A stretch of 64,000 nucleotides of DNA. Source: Desulfuromonas sp. (GTDB lineage Bacteria > Desulfobacterota > Desulfuromonadia > Desulfuromonadales > Geopsychrobacteraceae). Of this stretch, positions 28,472 through 38,078 are shown piece after piece. The translations under genes were made by a program, and so were the position numbers. The stretch's first letter is position 1, and every line of letters begins with the position of its first letter. A model generated the notes under the pieces. The model was not told the origin of the DNA, searched no databases, and saw nothing but the letters and a program-made list of their open reading frames with translations. The stretch spans positions 74,019-138,018 of the forward strand of contig PKUC01000022.1 in assembly GCA_002868865.1 (NCBI GenBank). The letters are read 5' to 3'.

Positions 28472-29076
28472 GTTCGTATCGTCTCCGTTTTATGCATAAA
28501 TACCAGCTGACCGCCGTAGTGACCGAGCAAGGTCACACAACCGAGCATTCCGGCAATCAGCAGCAGATAGATCAGTTGTCCCCAGCCCTGCAGACCCTGC
28601 CAACTCCCCGCGGAATAGCGCAAACTGACGGCCGCAATCCCGAAAACCAGCAGCAGCACCGCCAGAATAATTTTTCTGCGAAACACGCCGCCGGCCGCGC
28701 CACCGAAATGAGCCTGCCAGTCGCGCAGACCGGAGAGCAGCACCACAGGTGTCACCAGGGTGCAGAACGCCACCAGATGAAACGCCGTCGCCTCGAAGCC
28801 CTGCGCTCCGTAGTAGAAAAACAACCCCAAAAAGATCGCCGCCGCCGGGAGCATGCCGTTGGGAAAATGGGCGGCCACCGCGTGCAGGACAAAGGTCTTC
28901 CACATCTCGGCAACAAAACCGGTCGACCGAGCCGGAGTGTCTGCTCCAGCAGCCTGCTCCGGATGTTTTTCGAGTTCAAACTTCAGGGCATCCACCCCGC
29001 AGATCGGACAGTTCTCCGGAGGCTGATCCCCCGTATGCAGATAACCGCAGACCGTACACCGCCACACCTTTTCCAT
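28468..29076 (-). CDS. Rubredoxin-type Fe(Cys)4 domain fused to a DUF2231-like 4-TM membrane domain
   Basis: WRCTVCGY...NCPICG is a rubredoxin knuckle pair. It is followed by HAVAAHFPNG and four hydrophobic helices. ATG at 29076 follows GGGAGGG. Confidence 0.75.
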   Translation of the reverse strand: MEKVWRCTVCGYLHTGDQPPENCPICGVDALKFELEKHPEQAAGADTPARSTGFVAEMWKTFVLHAVAAHFPNGMLPAAAIFLGLFFYYGAQGFEATAFHLVAFCTLVTPVVLLSGLRDWQAHFGGAAGGVFRRKIILAVLLLVFGIAAVSLRYSAGSWQGLQGWGQLIYLLLIAGMLGCVTLLGHYGGQLVFMHKTETIRT

Positions 29077-29096
29077 CGCGCCCTCCCGAATAAGGG

Positions 29097-29126
29097 TTGT
29101 GAATCCCGTCACGCATTCTCTATAAT
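29097..29126 (+). promoter_or_regulatory. Possible sigma-70 promoter for the quinone oxidoreductase gene
   Basis: TTGTGA, 18-nt spacer, TATAAT, about 85 nt upstream of the ATG. Confidence 0.3.
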
Positions 29127-29210
29127 CAATTGCTTCAGATCAAATGAATTTATGCTCATTCTTCGCGGTCTCCCGCATTTCATTGCTGTCATTCCAAAAG
29201 GAGAGTTTAC

Positions 29211-30203
29211 ATGAAAGCAGTTGTCATCGACGAATTCGGCGGCATCGACGTCCTCAAAGTCGGCGAAGTCGACACCCCGAAACCCAAGCCCACCGAAGTA
29301 CTCATCAAGGTCGTGGCCACCAGCATCAACCGCCCCGATCTGGTGCAGCGCCAGGGCAACTATCCGCCCCCTGCTGGCGATTCCGAAATTCTCGGTCTGG
29401 AAGTCGCCGGCACCATCGCCGAAATCGGTAGCGAGGTCACCGGCTGGCAGGTCGGCGATCGGGTCATGGCCCTGGTCGGCGGTGGCGGCTACGCCGAGTA
29501 CGCAGTGGCCTACAGCAACCACGTAATGCCGATCCCCGACAGCATGAGCTTTGAAGAAGCGGCCTGCGTCTGCGAAAGCTATATTACCGCCTTCCTCAAC
29601 GTTTTCATGATCGGTGGCCTGCAGGACGGCCAGACCGCGATCATCCACGGCGGCGGCGGTGGAGTCAACACCGCGGCGATCCAATTGGCCAAAGCGCTGA
29701 CCCCGAACGCCAAGTTGATCGTCACCGCTCACCCCAGTAAGATCGAGCGGGTCAAAGAGCTCGGCGTCGATCTGGTCATCGACTTTACCGAAACGCCCGA
29801 CTTCACCGACGCGGTCAAGGAGTTCACCGCCAAAAAAGGCGTCAACGTCATCCTTGACCATGTCGGCGCCAAGTACCTGAAGCCCAACATGAGCTCGCTG
29901 GGCTACACCGGCAAACTGGTGATCATCGGTATCATCAGCGGTATCAAGGCCGAGCTGAACCTGGCTCTGATGATGGTTAAACGTCAGCAGATTATTGGCA
30001 GCGTCCTGCGCAGCCGCCCGGTGGCGGAAAAAGGCGATATCATCGCCGAATTCACCAAAACTGCCCTGCCCAAGTTTGCCGACCGCAGCATCGTACCGAT
30101 CATCGAAAAAGTCTTCTCGATCGATGAGATCGTTGATGCCCACGGCATGATGGAAGAGGACAAGCACTTCGGCAAGATTGTTCTAAAAATCGCCGAAGCA
30201 TAG
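29211..30203 (+). CDS. NAD(P)H:quinone oxidoreductase (zinc-independent MDR, PIG3/Qor family)
   Basis: MKAVVIDEFGG...VLIKV.A.SINRPD...GLEVAG, and nucleotide-binding IHGGGGGV. Confidence 0.9.
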   Translation: MKAVVIDEFGGIDVLKVGEVDTPKPKPTEVLIKVVATSINRPDLVQRQGNYPPPAGDSEILGLEVAGTIAEIGSEVTGWQVGDRVMALVGGGGYAEYAVAYSNHVMPIPDSMSFEEAACVCESYITAFLNVFMIGGLQDGQTAIIHGGGGGVNTAAIQLAKALTPNAKLIVTAHPSKIERVKELGVDLVIDFTETPDFTDAVKEFTAKKGVNVILDHVGAKYLKPNMSSLGYTGKLVIIGIISGIKAELNLALMMVKRQQIIGSVLRSRPVAEKGDIIAEFTKTALPKFADRSIVPIIEKVFSIDEIVDAHGMMEEDKHFGKIVLKIAEA

Positions 30204-30222
30204 ACACAACCCAATAAACCGC

Positions 30223-30256
30223 AAAAAAGGCTCCTCCGATTAGAGGAGCCTTTTTT
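30223..30256 (+). terminator. Rho-independent terminator after the quinone oxidoreductase gene
   Basis: AAAAAA-GGCTCCTC-CGATTA-GAGGAGCC-TTTTTT. Confidence 0.85.
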
Positions 30257-30502
30257 GCGCTCAGAGTTCATGTCCACCGGCAGCAAGGGGCTTGCCGACC
30301 TTCGCACTCAATCGACGGCGTATTCCTCGCGATCAAACGTTCAATGCAAATCCGGAGTCATCATTCAATCTATAAACCTGACATGAATCGGCAAAAAAAC
30401 GGGCTCTACATATTGACCAAGACATATGAATATAGATATATTTACGCGACTGACACGATCCATGTGCCTAGTCAGACGCTCGATTGCCCCAAAGGATAAC
30501 AA

Positions 30503-31474
30503 ATGAAGTTTTCAAGACGAACATTTATCGCAGGTGTAGCTGCGGCAGCGACGGCAGCAGCCATCCCGAAAAGCCGTGCCTTGGCCAGAACGTCTCCCGA
30601 AAGTTGGGCGACCCTGATCGATCTGACGCGCTGCACCGGCTGCGAAGGAGAAGCCGTACCCCGCTGCGTAAGTGCGTGCCGTACAAAAAACGCCGCGCGC
30701 TTCCCGGAACCGGACCCGGCGATGCTCAAAGACTACTGGCCAAAGGACTTCCATGAAGACTGGAGCGGCAAGCGCGATGAAATTTATCGCCTGACCCCTT
30801 ACAACTGGCTCTTTGTCGATGAAGTCTATCTCGAAATCAACGGACAGGACCAACGGGTCAACATCCCGCGCCGTTGCATGCACTGCGACAACCCGCCCTG
30901 TGTCAGCCTATGCCCGTTCGGTACCGCCCAAAAAGATGCCGACGGGCCGGTGCGTATCGAACCAAGCCTCTGCTTCGGCGGCGCAAAGTGCCGAGCCGTC
31001 TGTCCCTGGAACGTCCCCCAGCGGCAAGCCGGTGTCGGACCCTACACCATTCTCGACCCGATGCCCGTTGGGGGCGGAGCCATGTACAAATGCGACCTGT
31101 GTCGCGACCTGCTAAACCGTGGAGAGACCCCACGCTGCATGACCGCTTGTCCTGAGCAGGCCATGTCGATCGGCCCACGGGAGGAAATTCTTGCCCTGGC
31201 CGATCAGCTCAAGAAGGACTACAACGGCTACCTCTATGGTCGCGATGAACACGGCGGTACAGCCACTATCTATGTTTCGAAAATCCCCTTTGAACAGATC
31301 GATGCAGCCATCATCGAAGACGTCAACCCGAAAAAAGCGATGCGCTTCCACCAGCCTGAAAACGAAGGGGAGAAACAACATCGCCGGGCCTCTGTGGCCC
31401 TGCTTGCTCCACTGGCCGGGATCGTCGGCGCGTTTGCTGCCACCATTGCAGCGAAAGGGCCCAAAGATGACTAA
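30503..31474 (+). CDS. Tat-exported four-cluster 4Fe-4S ferredoxin subunit (HybA/FdnH/PhsB-like) with C-terminal TM anchor
   Basis: Twin-arginine signal (SRRTFIAG...ALA). Multiple Cys clusters (CTGC, CMHCDNPPCVSLCP, CRAVCP, CDLC...CMTACP). Hydrophobic C-terminal helix. Confidence 0.85.
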   Translation: MKFSRRTFIAGVAAAATAAAIPKSRALARTSPESWATLIDLTRCTGCEGEAVPRCVSACRTKNAARFPEPDPAMLKDYWPKDFHEDWSGKRDEIYRLTPYNWLFVDEVYLEINGQDQRVNIPRRCMHCDNPPCVSLCPFGTAQKDADGPVRIEPSLCFGGAKCRAVCPWNVPQRQAGVGPYTILDPMPVGGGAMYKCDLCRDLLNRGETPRCMTACPEQAMSIGPREEILALADQLKKDYNGYLYGRDEHGGTATIYVSKIPFEQIDAAIIEDVNPKKAMRFHQPENEGEKQHRRASVALLAPLAGIVGAFAATIAAKGPKDD

Positions 31475-32126
31475 AAACGGACAAATCCACCGGCACTCTT
31501 TGGTTGTGCGCCTCTGCCACTGGTTGATCGCTTTGAGCGGTCTACTTCTGACGTTTTCAGGCATTGGCTTTATGCCCCTGTATGGGCGTTTCTACCTCAA
31601 TGAACTGCCCGGCCTGCACTGGGTTACCCATTTTCAAACCCAGATGAATCTGCACTACCTTGCAGCAGGGCCATTTATTGCGGCGTGCCTGTTTCACCTC
31701 CTGTATCACTGGCGACGCGGCGAGTTCGCCCTTGTCCCGCAACGGGGAGACTTAAAAGAGAGCTGGCTGATCATAAAAGCGATGTTGATGAAGGGGCAGG
31801 AACCAGCACACGAAAAGTTTCTCGCCGAGCAGCGGATCGCCTATGCAACATTTGCTTTGACCATTGGGGTACTTTCAGCAAGCGGCTATTTTCTGGCGGT
31901 GAAAAACACTCTGGGGTGGCACGTTGCCCCGCAAGTTCTCCAAGTGATCATTCTGATGCACCTGGTCTTTACCTTCCTATTTCTCCTGCAAATCGCCTTG
32001 CATTTAGGTGCCTTTATCCTGAAAGCCAATCGCCCCCTGTTTGCCAGTATGTTCAATGGCCGGGTGACGCTAAGCTATGCAGCCAAGCGCCATTCACGCT
32101 GGGTGAAACGTAACAGAATCCGGTAA
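31467..32126 (+). CDS. Di-heme cytochrome b membrane subunit (FdnI/PhsC/Ni-Fe-hydrogenase cytochrome b family)
   Basis: N-terminal HRHSLVVRLCHWLIALSG. Four TM segments with conserved His residues. ATG overlaps the upstream stop (ATGACTAA). Confidence 0.8.
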   Translation: MTKNGQIHRHSLVVRLCHWLIALSGLLLTFSGIGFMPLYGRFYLNELPGLHWVTHFQTQMNLHYLAAGPFIAACLFHLLYHWRRGEFALVPQRGDLKESWLIIKAMLMKGQEPAHEKFLAEQRIAYATFALTIGVLSASGYFLAVKNTLGWHVAPQVLQVIILMHLVFTFLFLLQIALHLGAFILKANRPLFASMFNGRVTLSYAAKRHSRWVKRNRIR

Positions 32127-32149
32127 CGAAAAAAATCCAGCAGAACAAC

Positions 32150-32195
32150 AAAAAAGCCGCCGAACCGTTCTTCTACGGTTCGGCGGCTTTCATTT
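32150..32195. terminator. Rho-independent terminator after the cytochrome b gene
   Basis: AAAAA-AGCCGCCGAACCGT-TCTTCT-ACGGTTCGGCGGCT-TTCATTT: 14-bp stem. Confidence 0.8.
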
Positions 32196-32278
32196 ATCCG
32201 ATCATTTCCCAGGGATTCCTCTTCCTCCCTGCTATTTCCCCATCAATTGAGGAGAAGTCAAGCCACCCTTCTTCGAAA

Positions 32279-32854
32279 TCAATCCGCCAATTTCTTCAGC
32301 AGCCAGGCCATATTTTCACCCAAACGCCGCATGGTGGCCATCCCCTCTTCATCCGATGAGACTTCTCCGGGCAGGCGGCCAAAGCCGATATTCCAGTAGC
32401 TCGAGCCGGGGATGATCATCTCACCGATGGTGAAGTAATTCTGCAGGGTCTGCAGGGTGTGCATCGCCCCACCGCGACGGACAGCGACGACCCCCGCCCC
32501 GACCTTGCGGCGAAACAGGTTATCATTGGCGCGCGCAACCATTCCGGTACGATCGATCAGCGCTTTCATTTCGGTGGTCACGTCAGAAAAATAGGTCGGC
32601 GAAGCCAGAATAATCCCGTCCGCGTCCTGTATTTTGGCCACCGCGTCATTGACCAGATCGTCGGTCAGCACGCAGCGCTGATCTTTGTTGTTGAAACAGG
32701 CCATACAGGCGGTACACCCACGGATCTTCTGACCTGCCAGCTGGACCAGCTCCGTCGCGACCCCTTCCTCTTCAAGAGCGGTGAACACCTGCTTGACCAG
32801 TGTGGCTGTGTTGCCATCTTTACGCGCGCTGCCATTAAATGCGATAACCTTCAT
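32279..32854 (-). CDS. Iron-sulfur flavoprotein (Isf) / NADPH-dependent FMN reductase family
   Basis: [16 protein letters not shown] flavodoxin-like start plus the compact Cys motif [15 protein letters not shown] (C-x2-C-x2-C-x7-C). Confidence 0.8.
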   Translation of the reverse strand: MKVIAFNGSARKDGNTATLVKQVFTALEEEGVATELVQLAGQKIRGCTACMACFNNKDQRCVLTDDLVNDAVAKIQDADGIILASPTYFSDVTTEMKALIDRTGMVARANDNLFRRKVGAGVVAVRRGGAMHTLQTLQNYFTIGEMIIPGSSYWNIGFGRLPGEVSSDEEGMATMRRLGENMAWLLKKLAD

Positions 32855-32994
32855 TGGAACCTCTCTGTAGAAAAAAACGATCGACGGAAAAAGGCTTAAC
32901 ACCCTCCACAAACAGAGGATATTCATCCATATCAGAGGATGATAAACTGCGCAAGGCGTGAAATGTGGCGCAGTGCGAATAAGCGGGACATGAC

Positions 32995-33501
32995 ATGAAC
33001 AACCTCAAGAGCAATCTGGTTCTGATCGGCATGCCGGCGGTCGGCAAAAGCACGGTGGGGGTGGTCCTAGCGAAACATCTGGGGCTGAACTTTGTTGACA
33101 CCGATCTTCTGATTCAGGCCAACTCCGGTTGTCGCCTGCAGGAGCTGATCGACACTGAAGGTCTGGCGACTTTTTTACAGCACGAAGAGCAGGCGCTCGT
33201 CACCTTAAGTGCACAGCGCAGCGTCATCGCCACCGGCGGTTCGGTGATCTACAGTCCGGCGGGGATGGATGCGTTACGCCAAAATGGCCACATCATCTAT
33301 CTGGAAATTTCACTCGACCAGTTGAAACAGCGCCTGGCTGACCTCGGCAGTCGCGGCGTGGTCATCGAAAAGAACCAGAGCCTTGAGGATCTCTATGCCA
33401 GCCGGACCCGGCTTTACCGCCAGTACGCCGAACAGACCATCGCCTGCGACCGGCTCACTCCGGGGCAGGTGGTCGATAAAATCGCCCAACTGTTTCCTTA
33501 A
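32995..33501 (+). CDS. aroK: Shikimate kinase
   Basis: P-loop [12 protein letters not shown] and GGS motifs typical of AroK. Confidence 0.9.
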   Translation: MNNLKSNLVLIGMPAVGKSTVGVVLAKHLGLNFVDTDLLIQANSGCRLQELIDTEGLATFLQHEEQALVTLSAQRSVIATGGSVIYSPAGMDALRQNGHIIYLEISLDQLKQRLADLGSRGVVIEKNQSLEDLYASRTRLYRQYAEQTIACDRLTPGQVVDKIAQLFP

Positions 33502-33519
33502 ACAGAAGCGGGTTCAGCC

Positions 33520-33954
33520 TTAACCGATCGCCATATAGTCATGCAGATGACCGATCAGCTTTTCCTTTTCGTCCAGCGACACCTTCACCAGATCGCCGAT
33601 CGACACCACACCACTCAGTTTGTCATCATCGATCACCGGCAGGTGCCGACAGTGTTTTTCACTCATCAGCGTCATGCAGGCGTCCACCGTCATCAATGAA
33701 TTGGCGCAGCACACGTCCCTGCTCATGATGGAGCGGACCCGCAGTTTGAGAGATGATCCGCCACGCAGGACTACTTTGCGCGCGTAATCCCGCTCCGACA
33801 CGATCCCCACCATCTTGTCCCCTTCGGTGACCACCAACGCCCCGATGTTATGAGCCGCCATCATCTCAAGGGCTTCATAGACCGTGTCGCTAGCCTTGAC
33901 CGACAGGACACCGTGCCCCTTTATATCCAGAACCTGTTTCACCGTCTTCATCAC
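33520..33954 (-). CDS. CBS-pair domain protein
   Basis: 144 aa with two CBS repeats (HNIGALVV...GIVSERD and RHLPVIDDDKLSGVVSIGD). Confidence 0.85.
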   Translation of the reverse strand: MMKTVKQVLDIKGHGVLSVKASDTVYEALEMMAAHNIGALVVTEGDKMVGIVSERDYARKVVLRGGSSLKLRVRSIMSRDVCCANSLMTVDACMTLMSEKHCRHLPVIDDDKLSGVVSIGDLVKVSLDEKEKLIGHLHDYMAIG

Positions 33955-34161
33955 AACACCTCACAAAAAATGCACATCGCACAGAGTAAAGACTAGCGAA
34001 GCGTGGAGCGTTGTCAAAAACAGGGACTGTTGAGCGACCCCGCAGTCCCATGCATCAGGGGCAGTTAAAAAATACTGCTGGCAGAATGTCTTGACAACGA
34101 CGCGCAAACACCAGAATATAAATGACCTTATCAGTCATCTTAGCAATCGAAAGGAACCTCC

Positions 34162-34947
34162 ATGCGTATCATCCTCCTGACCCTTCTTCTGCTCACCCTG
34201 ATCAGCCTGTCTCCCTGCCTCGCCGGCAGCCCGGCGGTTCTCTTCGACCAGGGGCACGGACAGGCGTTCACCATCGAAAAGCAGGGCGAACTGCAGCTCG
34301 GCAAGCTGGCTGACACCTTCCGCGCCTCGGGATGGCAGGTGGCTTCCAGTACACACCCCTTTAGCGATGCGCTTCTGGCAAACGTCGACGCGCTGGTGAT
34401 TTCGGGGGCCTTCAAGGCGCTCGACGCAAAAGAACTTGCTGCCGTGGGGAAATTTCTCAACCGGGGCGGACGGCTGGCAGTGATGCTCCACATCGCCCCG
34501 CCAATGGTCGAGCTGCTCGGTAAGCTCGGGGTCGCTTCGGCCAACGGTGTCGTGCGCGAAAGTAATACCGCGCTAATCCTCGACGAACAGCCTCTCAACT
34601 TCAAAGTCACCGATCTGCAGTATCATCCACTGACCAGAAACCTGGACAGTTTCTCCCTGTACGGTGGCTGGCCCTTGATGCCGATCGGCAAAAACGCCCG
34701 TGCCATCGCCCAGACCAGCTCCGCCGCCTGGGTCGACCTGAACAACGATGACATCCAGTCCCTCAAGGACGCGATGCAGGCCTTCGCGGTCATCGTCACC
34801 GGCACGGTCGGCAAGGGAGAATTCACGGTGTTCGCTGATGATGCGATTTTTCAGAACCGTTTTCTCACCGGCACCAACAAGACCCTCGCCGACAACCTGA
34901 GCCGCTGGATGATGCGGGGCCGGACACAGAGCGGCGTCGATATTTAA
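34162..34947 (+). CDS. Secreted DUF4350/GldG-N-like protein, function unknown
   Basis: Signal peptide. VLFDQGHGQ, ALVISGAF...LAAVGKFLNRGGRLAVML and FADDAIFQNRFL...LADNLSRWM resemble the DUF4350 pattern. Confidence 0.6.
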   Translation: MRIILLTLLLLTLISLSPCLAGSPAVLFDQGHGQAFTIEKQGELQLGKLADTFRASGWQVASSTHPFSDALLANVDALVISGAFKALDAKELAAVGKFLNRGGRLAVMLHIAPPMVELLGKLGVASANGVVRESNTALILDEQPLNFKVTDLQYHPLTRNLDSFSLYGGWPLMPIGKNARAIAQTSSAAWVDLNNDDIQSLKDAMQAFAVIVTGTVGKGEFTVFADDAIFQNRFLTGTNKTLADNLSRWMMRGRTQSGVDI

Positions 34948-34972
34948 TCGCAAGACACATTGAATAACGACT

Positions 34973-35009
34973 GGACCGGGACACCGCGAGGTGGCTCCGG
35001 TCCTTTTTG
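34973..35009 (+). terminator. Terminator after the DUF4350-like gene
   Basis: GGACCGG...CCGGTCC stem followed by TTTTTG. Confidence 0.6.
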
Positions 35010-35017
35010 TTCACACT

Positions 35018-35464
35018 TCAGCGCTGACGCGCCAGAAACTGATCCAGTCGGTTGGCAAACGCCTGCCGGTCCTTTGTCCCGAGCGCCGCCGGTCCTCCCG
35101 TTTCGATCCCGCTGCTGCGCAGCTCATCCATAAAATTACGCACCGCCAACCGCTCACGGATATTCTCTTCGCTGTAGAACTCGCCACGCGGGTTCAGGGC
35201 ATGGGCACCGGCGGCAATCACATCGGCAGCGAGAGGGATATCGGCGGTAATTACCAGTTCTCCCGGCTGCAGGCGCCGCACGATCTCCCGGTCGGCGACG
35301 TCGGCCCCTTCCCCGACCAGGCAGGTTTTGATAAATGGCGACGTCGGTACCCACATCGACTTATTGGCCACCAGTTCCAGCGGAATATGTCTCTTTTCCG
35401 CGACCCGGTAGAGAATCTCCTTGATCACCTTCGGGCAGGCATCGGCATCAACCCAGATTTTCAT
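35018..35464 (-). CDS. yaiI: YaiI/YqxD family protein (UPF0178/DUF188)
   Basis: [17 protein letters not shown]-terminus is characteristic of the family. Overlaps the lysR stop by 17 nt. Confidence 0.8.
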   Translation of the reverse strand: MKIWVDADACPKVIKEILYRVAEKRHIPLELVANKSMWVPTSPFIKTCLVGEGADVADREIVRRLQPGELVITADIPLAADVIAAGAHALNPRGEFYSEENIRERLAVRNFMDELRSSGIETGGPAALGTKDRQAFANRLDQFLARQR

Positions 35465-36350
35465 CACTGTGCTCCGCAAATTCTTTTAGGTTGCGCCACA
35501 GCCCTTCAGCGACCGGGCCATGAACAACACCGCGCCGTCGCACGACGCGCATTTCGATATCGAGGGTCGACGGGTAGTCACAGATCGACAACGGCACCAG
35601 GCGACCGTCGGCCAGTTCCTGTTCGATCATGTGACGGTGCAAACGGCCCCAGCCCATACCGGCCAGCAGGATCTCTTTTTTGGTGTAGTGATCGTTGACC
35701 AACCAGTGCCGGCCCTGATGCAGAACCCCGTAGCTATCACCACGGGCGCGATGGCTGCTGTCTTTGACGACGATCTGCGGAACGTCCTGCATATCGCTCA
35801 TCTCCAGATCCGACTTGCCCCGTGCGGCGACAAAGTCAGGGGATGCCACCGTCAACAGATGGGAGCGGATAAAGGGAAACGACTCCACATCCTGTTCTTC
35901 ATTGAGCCAAGGACAGATCCCCAGATCGACATCGCCCTCCAGAACTCGCTCCATGGCCCCCCACAAATTTTCGAGCATCAGGCTGAATTCAGTATGGGGA
36001 AAACTGCTTTCACTGTCGCGCACCAGTCCGAGGATCAGCGCCATCGGACAGCTGGCCTCAACCGCGAGTCGTAGTTCAGGTTCGTTGCCCACCGCCAAGT
36101 GGTGTGCCAGCTCGGTGAACCGTTCACTCTGCTGCAGAATCGCCGTCGCCCTGCGACACAGCATCTGTCCTTCTTGAGTGAGACGGGCCCGATAGCTGTC
36201 CCGCGCCAGCAGAGCGACGCCCAACTCCTCTTCGAGCTTGCGGATTGCGACGCTCACCGTCGGCTGGGTCCGAAACAACGCCTCAGAAGCCGCCAGAACG
36301 CTTCCGGTCTCGGCGATTTTTACCAGCATTCGTAATTGATCGAGAGTCAT
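35448..36350 (-). CDS. LysR family transcriptional regulator
   Basis: N-terminal HTH ([44 protein letters not shown]) and LysR substrate-binding domain. Confidence 0.9.
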   Translation of the reverse strand: MTLDQLRMLVKIAETGSVLAASEALFRTQPTVSVAIRKLEEELGVALLARDSYRARLTQEGQMLCRRATAILQQSERFTELAHHLAVGNEPELRLAVEASCPMALILGLVRDSESSFPHTEFSLMLENLWGAMERVLEGDVDLGICPWLNEEQDVESFPFIRSHLLTVASPDFVAARGKSDLEMSDMQDVPQIVVKDSSHRARGDSYGVLHQGRHWLVNDHYTKKEILLAGMGWGRLHRHMIEQELADGRLVPLSICDYPSTLDIEMRVVRRRGVVHGPVAEGLWRNLKEFAEHSDENLG

Positions 36351-36396
36351 CGCTCACCTCCGCTCCGAGTTGCATTACCATAGCCCCAATCTATAC

Positions 36397-36429
36397 TTTT
36401 CATACAGATTAAATATTATTTTTTCATAC
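36397..36429. promoter_or_regulatory. 9-bp direct repeat in the lysR/yceI divergent intergenic region (candidate LysR site)
   Basis: TTTTCATAC occurs at 36397-36405 and 36421-36429, 24 nt apart, in an AT-rich stretch. Confidence 0.3.
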
Positions 36430-36486
36430 TCAGCTGGTTTTATAATCAAACAAAAAAACAAACACCACAAAAAAGGAGGCTTAACC

Positions 36487-37068
36487 ATGTTAAAAAAAGG
36501 ATTCCTGTCCCTGTTGGTCGTACTTCTCACTGCATCGTTCGTTTCCGCTGCGCAGTACAAAATCGACGCGGTCCACTCGCAGGTCCATTTCAGCGTTGCT
36601 CATCTGGTGATATTTAAGGTCCGCGGCGAATTCACCGAATTTTCCGGAGTCGCTGAGGCCGATCCCGCTACGCAGACACTCCAGTCTGTCGAGGCCAGCA
36701 TCTCCACCGCCTCCATCGATACGCGCATCGAAAAACGTGACAATCATCTGCGCAGCGATGACTTCTTCGCCTCTGAGCGCTTTCCGCAGATGACCTTTGT
36801 CAGTAAAAAGATAAGCGGCAGTGGCGCCGACATCACCGTTCAGGGAACCTTGACAATCCGGGACCAGAGCCGCGATGTCATCCTTAAAGGGGCCTATCTC
36901 GGCAGCAACAAGGACGGCTGGGGCAACGAAATCGCCGGTTTTGAGGCCACCGGAACCATCAACCGCACCGACTTCGGCCTGACATGGAACAAGGTCCTTG
37001 AAACCGGCGGACTCACCGTCGGTGAAGAAGTCACCATCGGACTTGAGATTCAAGCGGTCAAGCAGTAA
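36487..37068 (+). CDS. yceI: YceI family periplasmic polyisoprenoid/quinone-binding protein
   Basis: Signal peptide followed by YKIDAVHSQVHFSV...F.V.G.F. Lipocalin-like YceI pattern. AGGAGG 7 nt upstream. Confidence 0.85.
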   Translation: MLKKGFLSLLVVLLTASFVSAAQYKIDAVHSQVHFSVAHLVIFKVRGEFTEFSGVAEADPATQTLQSVEASISTASIDTRIEKRDNHLRSDDFFASERFPQMTFVSKKISGSGADITVQGTLTIRDQSRDVILKGAYLGSNKDGWGNEIAGFEATGTINRTDFGLTWNKVLETGGLTVGEEVTIGLEIQAVKQ

Positions 37069-37075
37069 TCGTCAC

Positions 37076-37101
37076 GGCGGGGCCATTGGCCCCGCCTTTT
37101 T
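37076..37101 (+). terminator. Strong Rho-independent terminator between yceI and the GST gene
   Basis: GGCGGGGCC-ATT-GGCCCCGCC-TTTTT: perfect 9-bp GC stem, immediately before the GST SD (AGGAGG). Confidence 0.85.
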
Positions 37102-37117
37102 AACAGGAGGTCACAAC

Positions 37118-38077
37118 ATGCTCGTCAACGGAACATGGCAAGGCAAGTGGCATCCGTATCAGGGACAAGATCGACAGGGCCGCTATCTGCGGCAGGACTC
37201 GACTGTCCGCCATTGGATCACCCGCGACGGCAACGCCGGCCCGACAGGAAAGGCTGGATTCGCCGCCGAAGCCGATCGGTACCATCTCTACGTGGCCCTG
37301 ATCTGCCCTTGGGCCTGCCGCACCCTGATGGCCCGTCAGATAAAAGGGCTCGAAGGGCTGATCAGCGTCTCAATCGTCCACCCGGTCATCGGCAGCCACG
37401 GGTGGAGTTTCGAGCACTTTCCCGGCTCCACCGAAGACCATCTGTACGGATCGAACGTTTTGCACCAGCTTTACACGCGCAACGACCCCCATTACAGCGG
37501 CCGGGTTACGGTTCCGGTTCTGTGGGACAAAAAAAAACACCGCATGGTCAATAACGAATCAGCGGATATTGTCCGGATGCTCAACGACGCATTTGAAGAT
37601 CTGGCCCCATCTGAGATCGACCTATATCCGCCCGCGCATCGAGACGAAATCGATCGACTCAACAGGCACTTCTATCATGAGCTGAATAACGGCGTCTATC
37701 GCGCCGGCTTTGCCCGCAGCCAAACGGCTTACGACGAAGCGGTCAACGATGTCTTTAGCGCGCTGGACGATCTGGATAGTCGATTAAATGGGGGCCGGTT
37801 TCTGTTCGGCGAGCAGCTCACCGAAACCGACATCCGCCTGTTCGTCACCCTGATCCGTTTTGATCTGGCCTACCACGGGCTGTTTAAATGCAACCGGAAG
37901 AGGATCACCGACTACCCGTATATTTCCCGCTATCTCCGGGAGCTGTACCATCTCCCCGGAATTGCGAAAACCGTCAATCCGGCTCATATTGTTCACGGTT
38001 ATTACGGATTGAAACAGCTGAACCCGTCAGGGATTATCCCGACGGGTCCAGAGTTGAGTACGATTTTGGCGGCCTAG
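37118..38077 (+). CDS. Xi-class glutathione S-transferase / glutathionyl-hydroquinone reductase (YqjG/ECM4-like)
   Basis: RYHLYVALICPWACRT (CPWA active site), VPVLWDKK, and length consistent with YqjG. Confidence 0.85.
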   Translation: MLVNGTWQGKWHPYQGQDRQGRYLRQDSTVRHWITRDGNAGPTGKAGFAAEADRYHLYVALICPWACRTLMARQIKGLEGLISVSIVHPVIGSHGWSFEHFPGSTEDHLYGSNVLHQLYTRNDPHYSGRVTVPVLWDKKKHRMVNNESADIVRMLNDAFEDLAPSEIDLYPPAHRDEIDRLNRHFYHELNNGVYRAGFARSQTAYDEAVNDVFSALDDLDSRLNGGRFLFGEQLTETDIRLFVTLIRFDLAYHGLFKCNRKRITDYPYISRYLRELYHLPGIAKTVNPAHIVHGYYGLKQLNPSGIIPTGPELSTILAA

Positions 38078-38078
38078 G

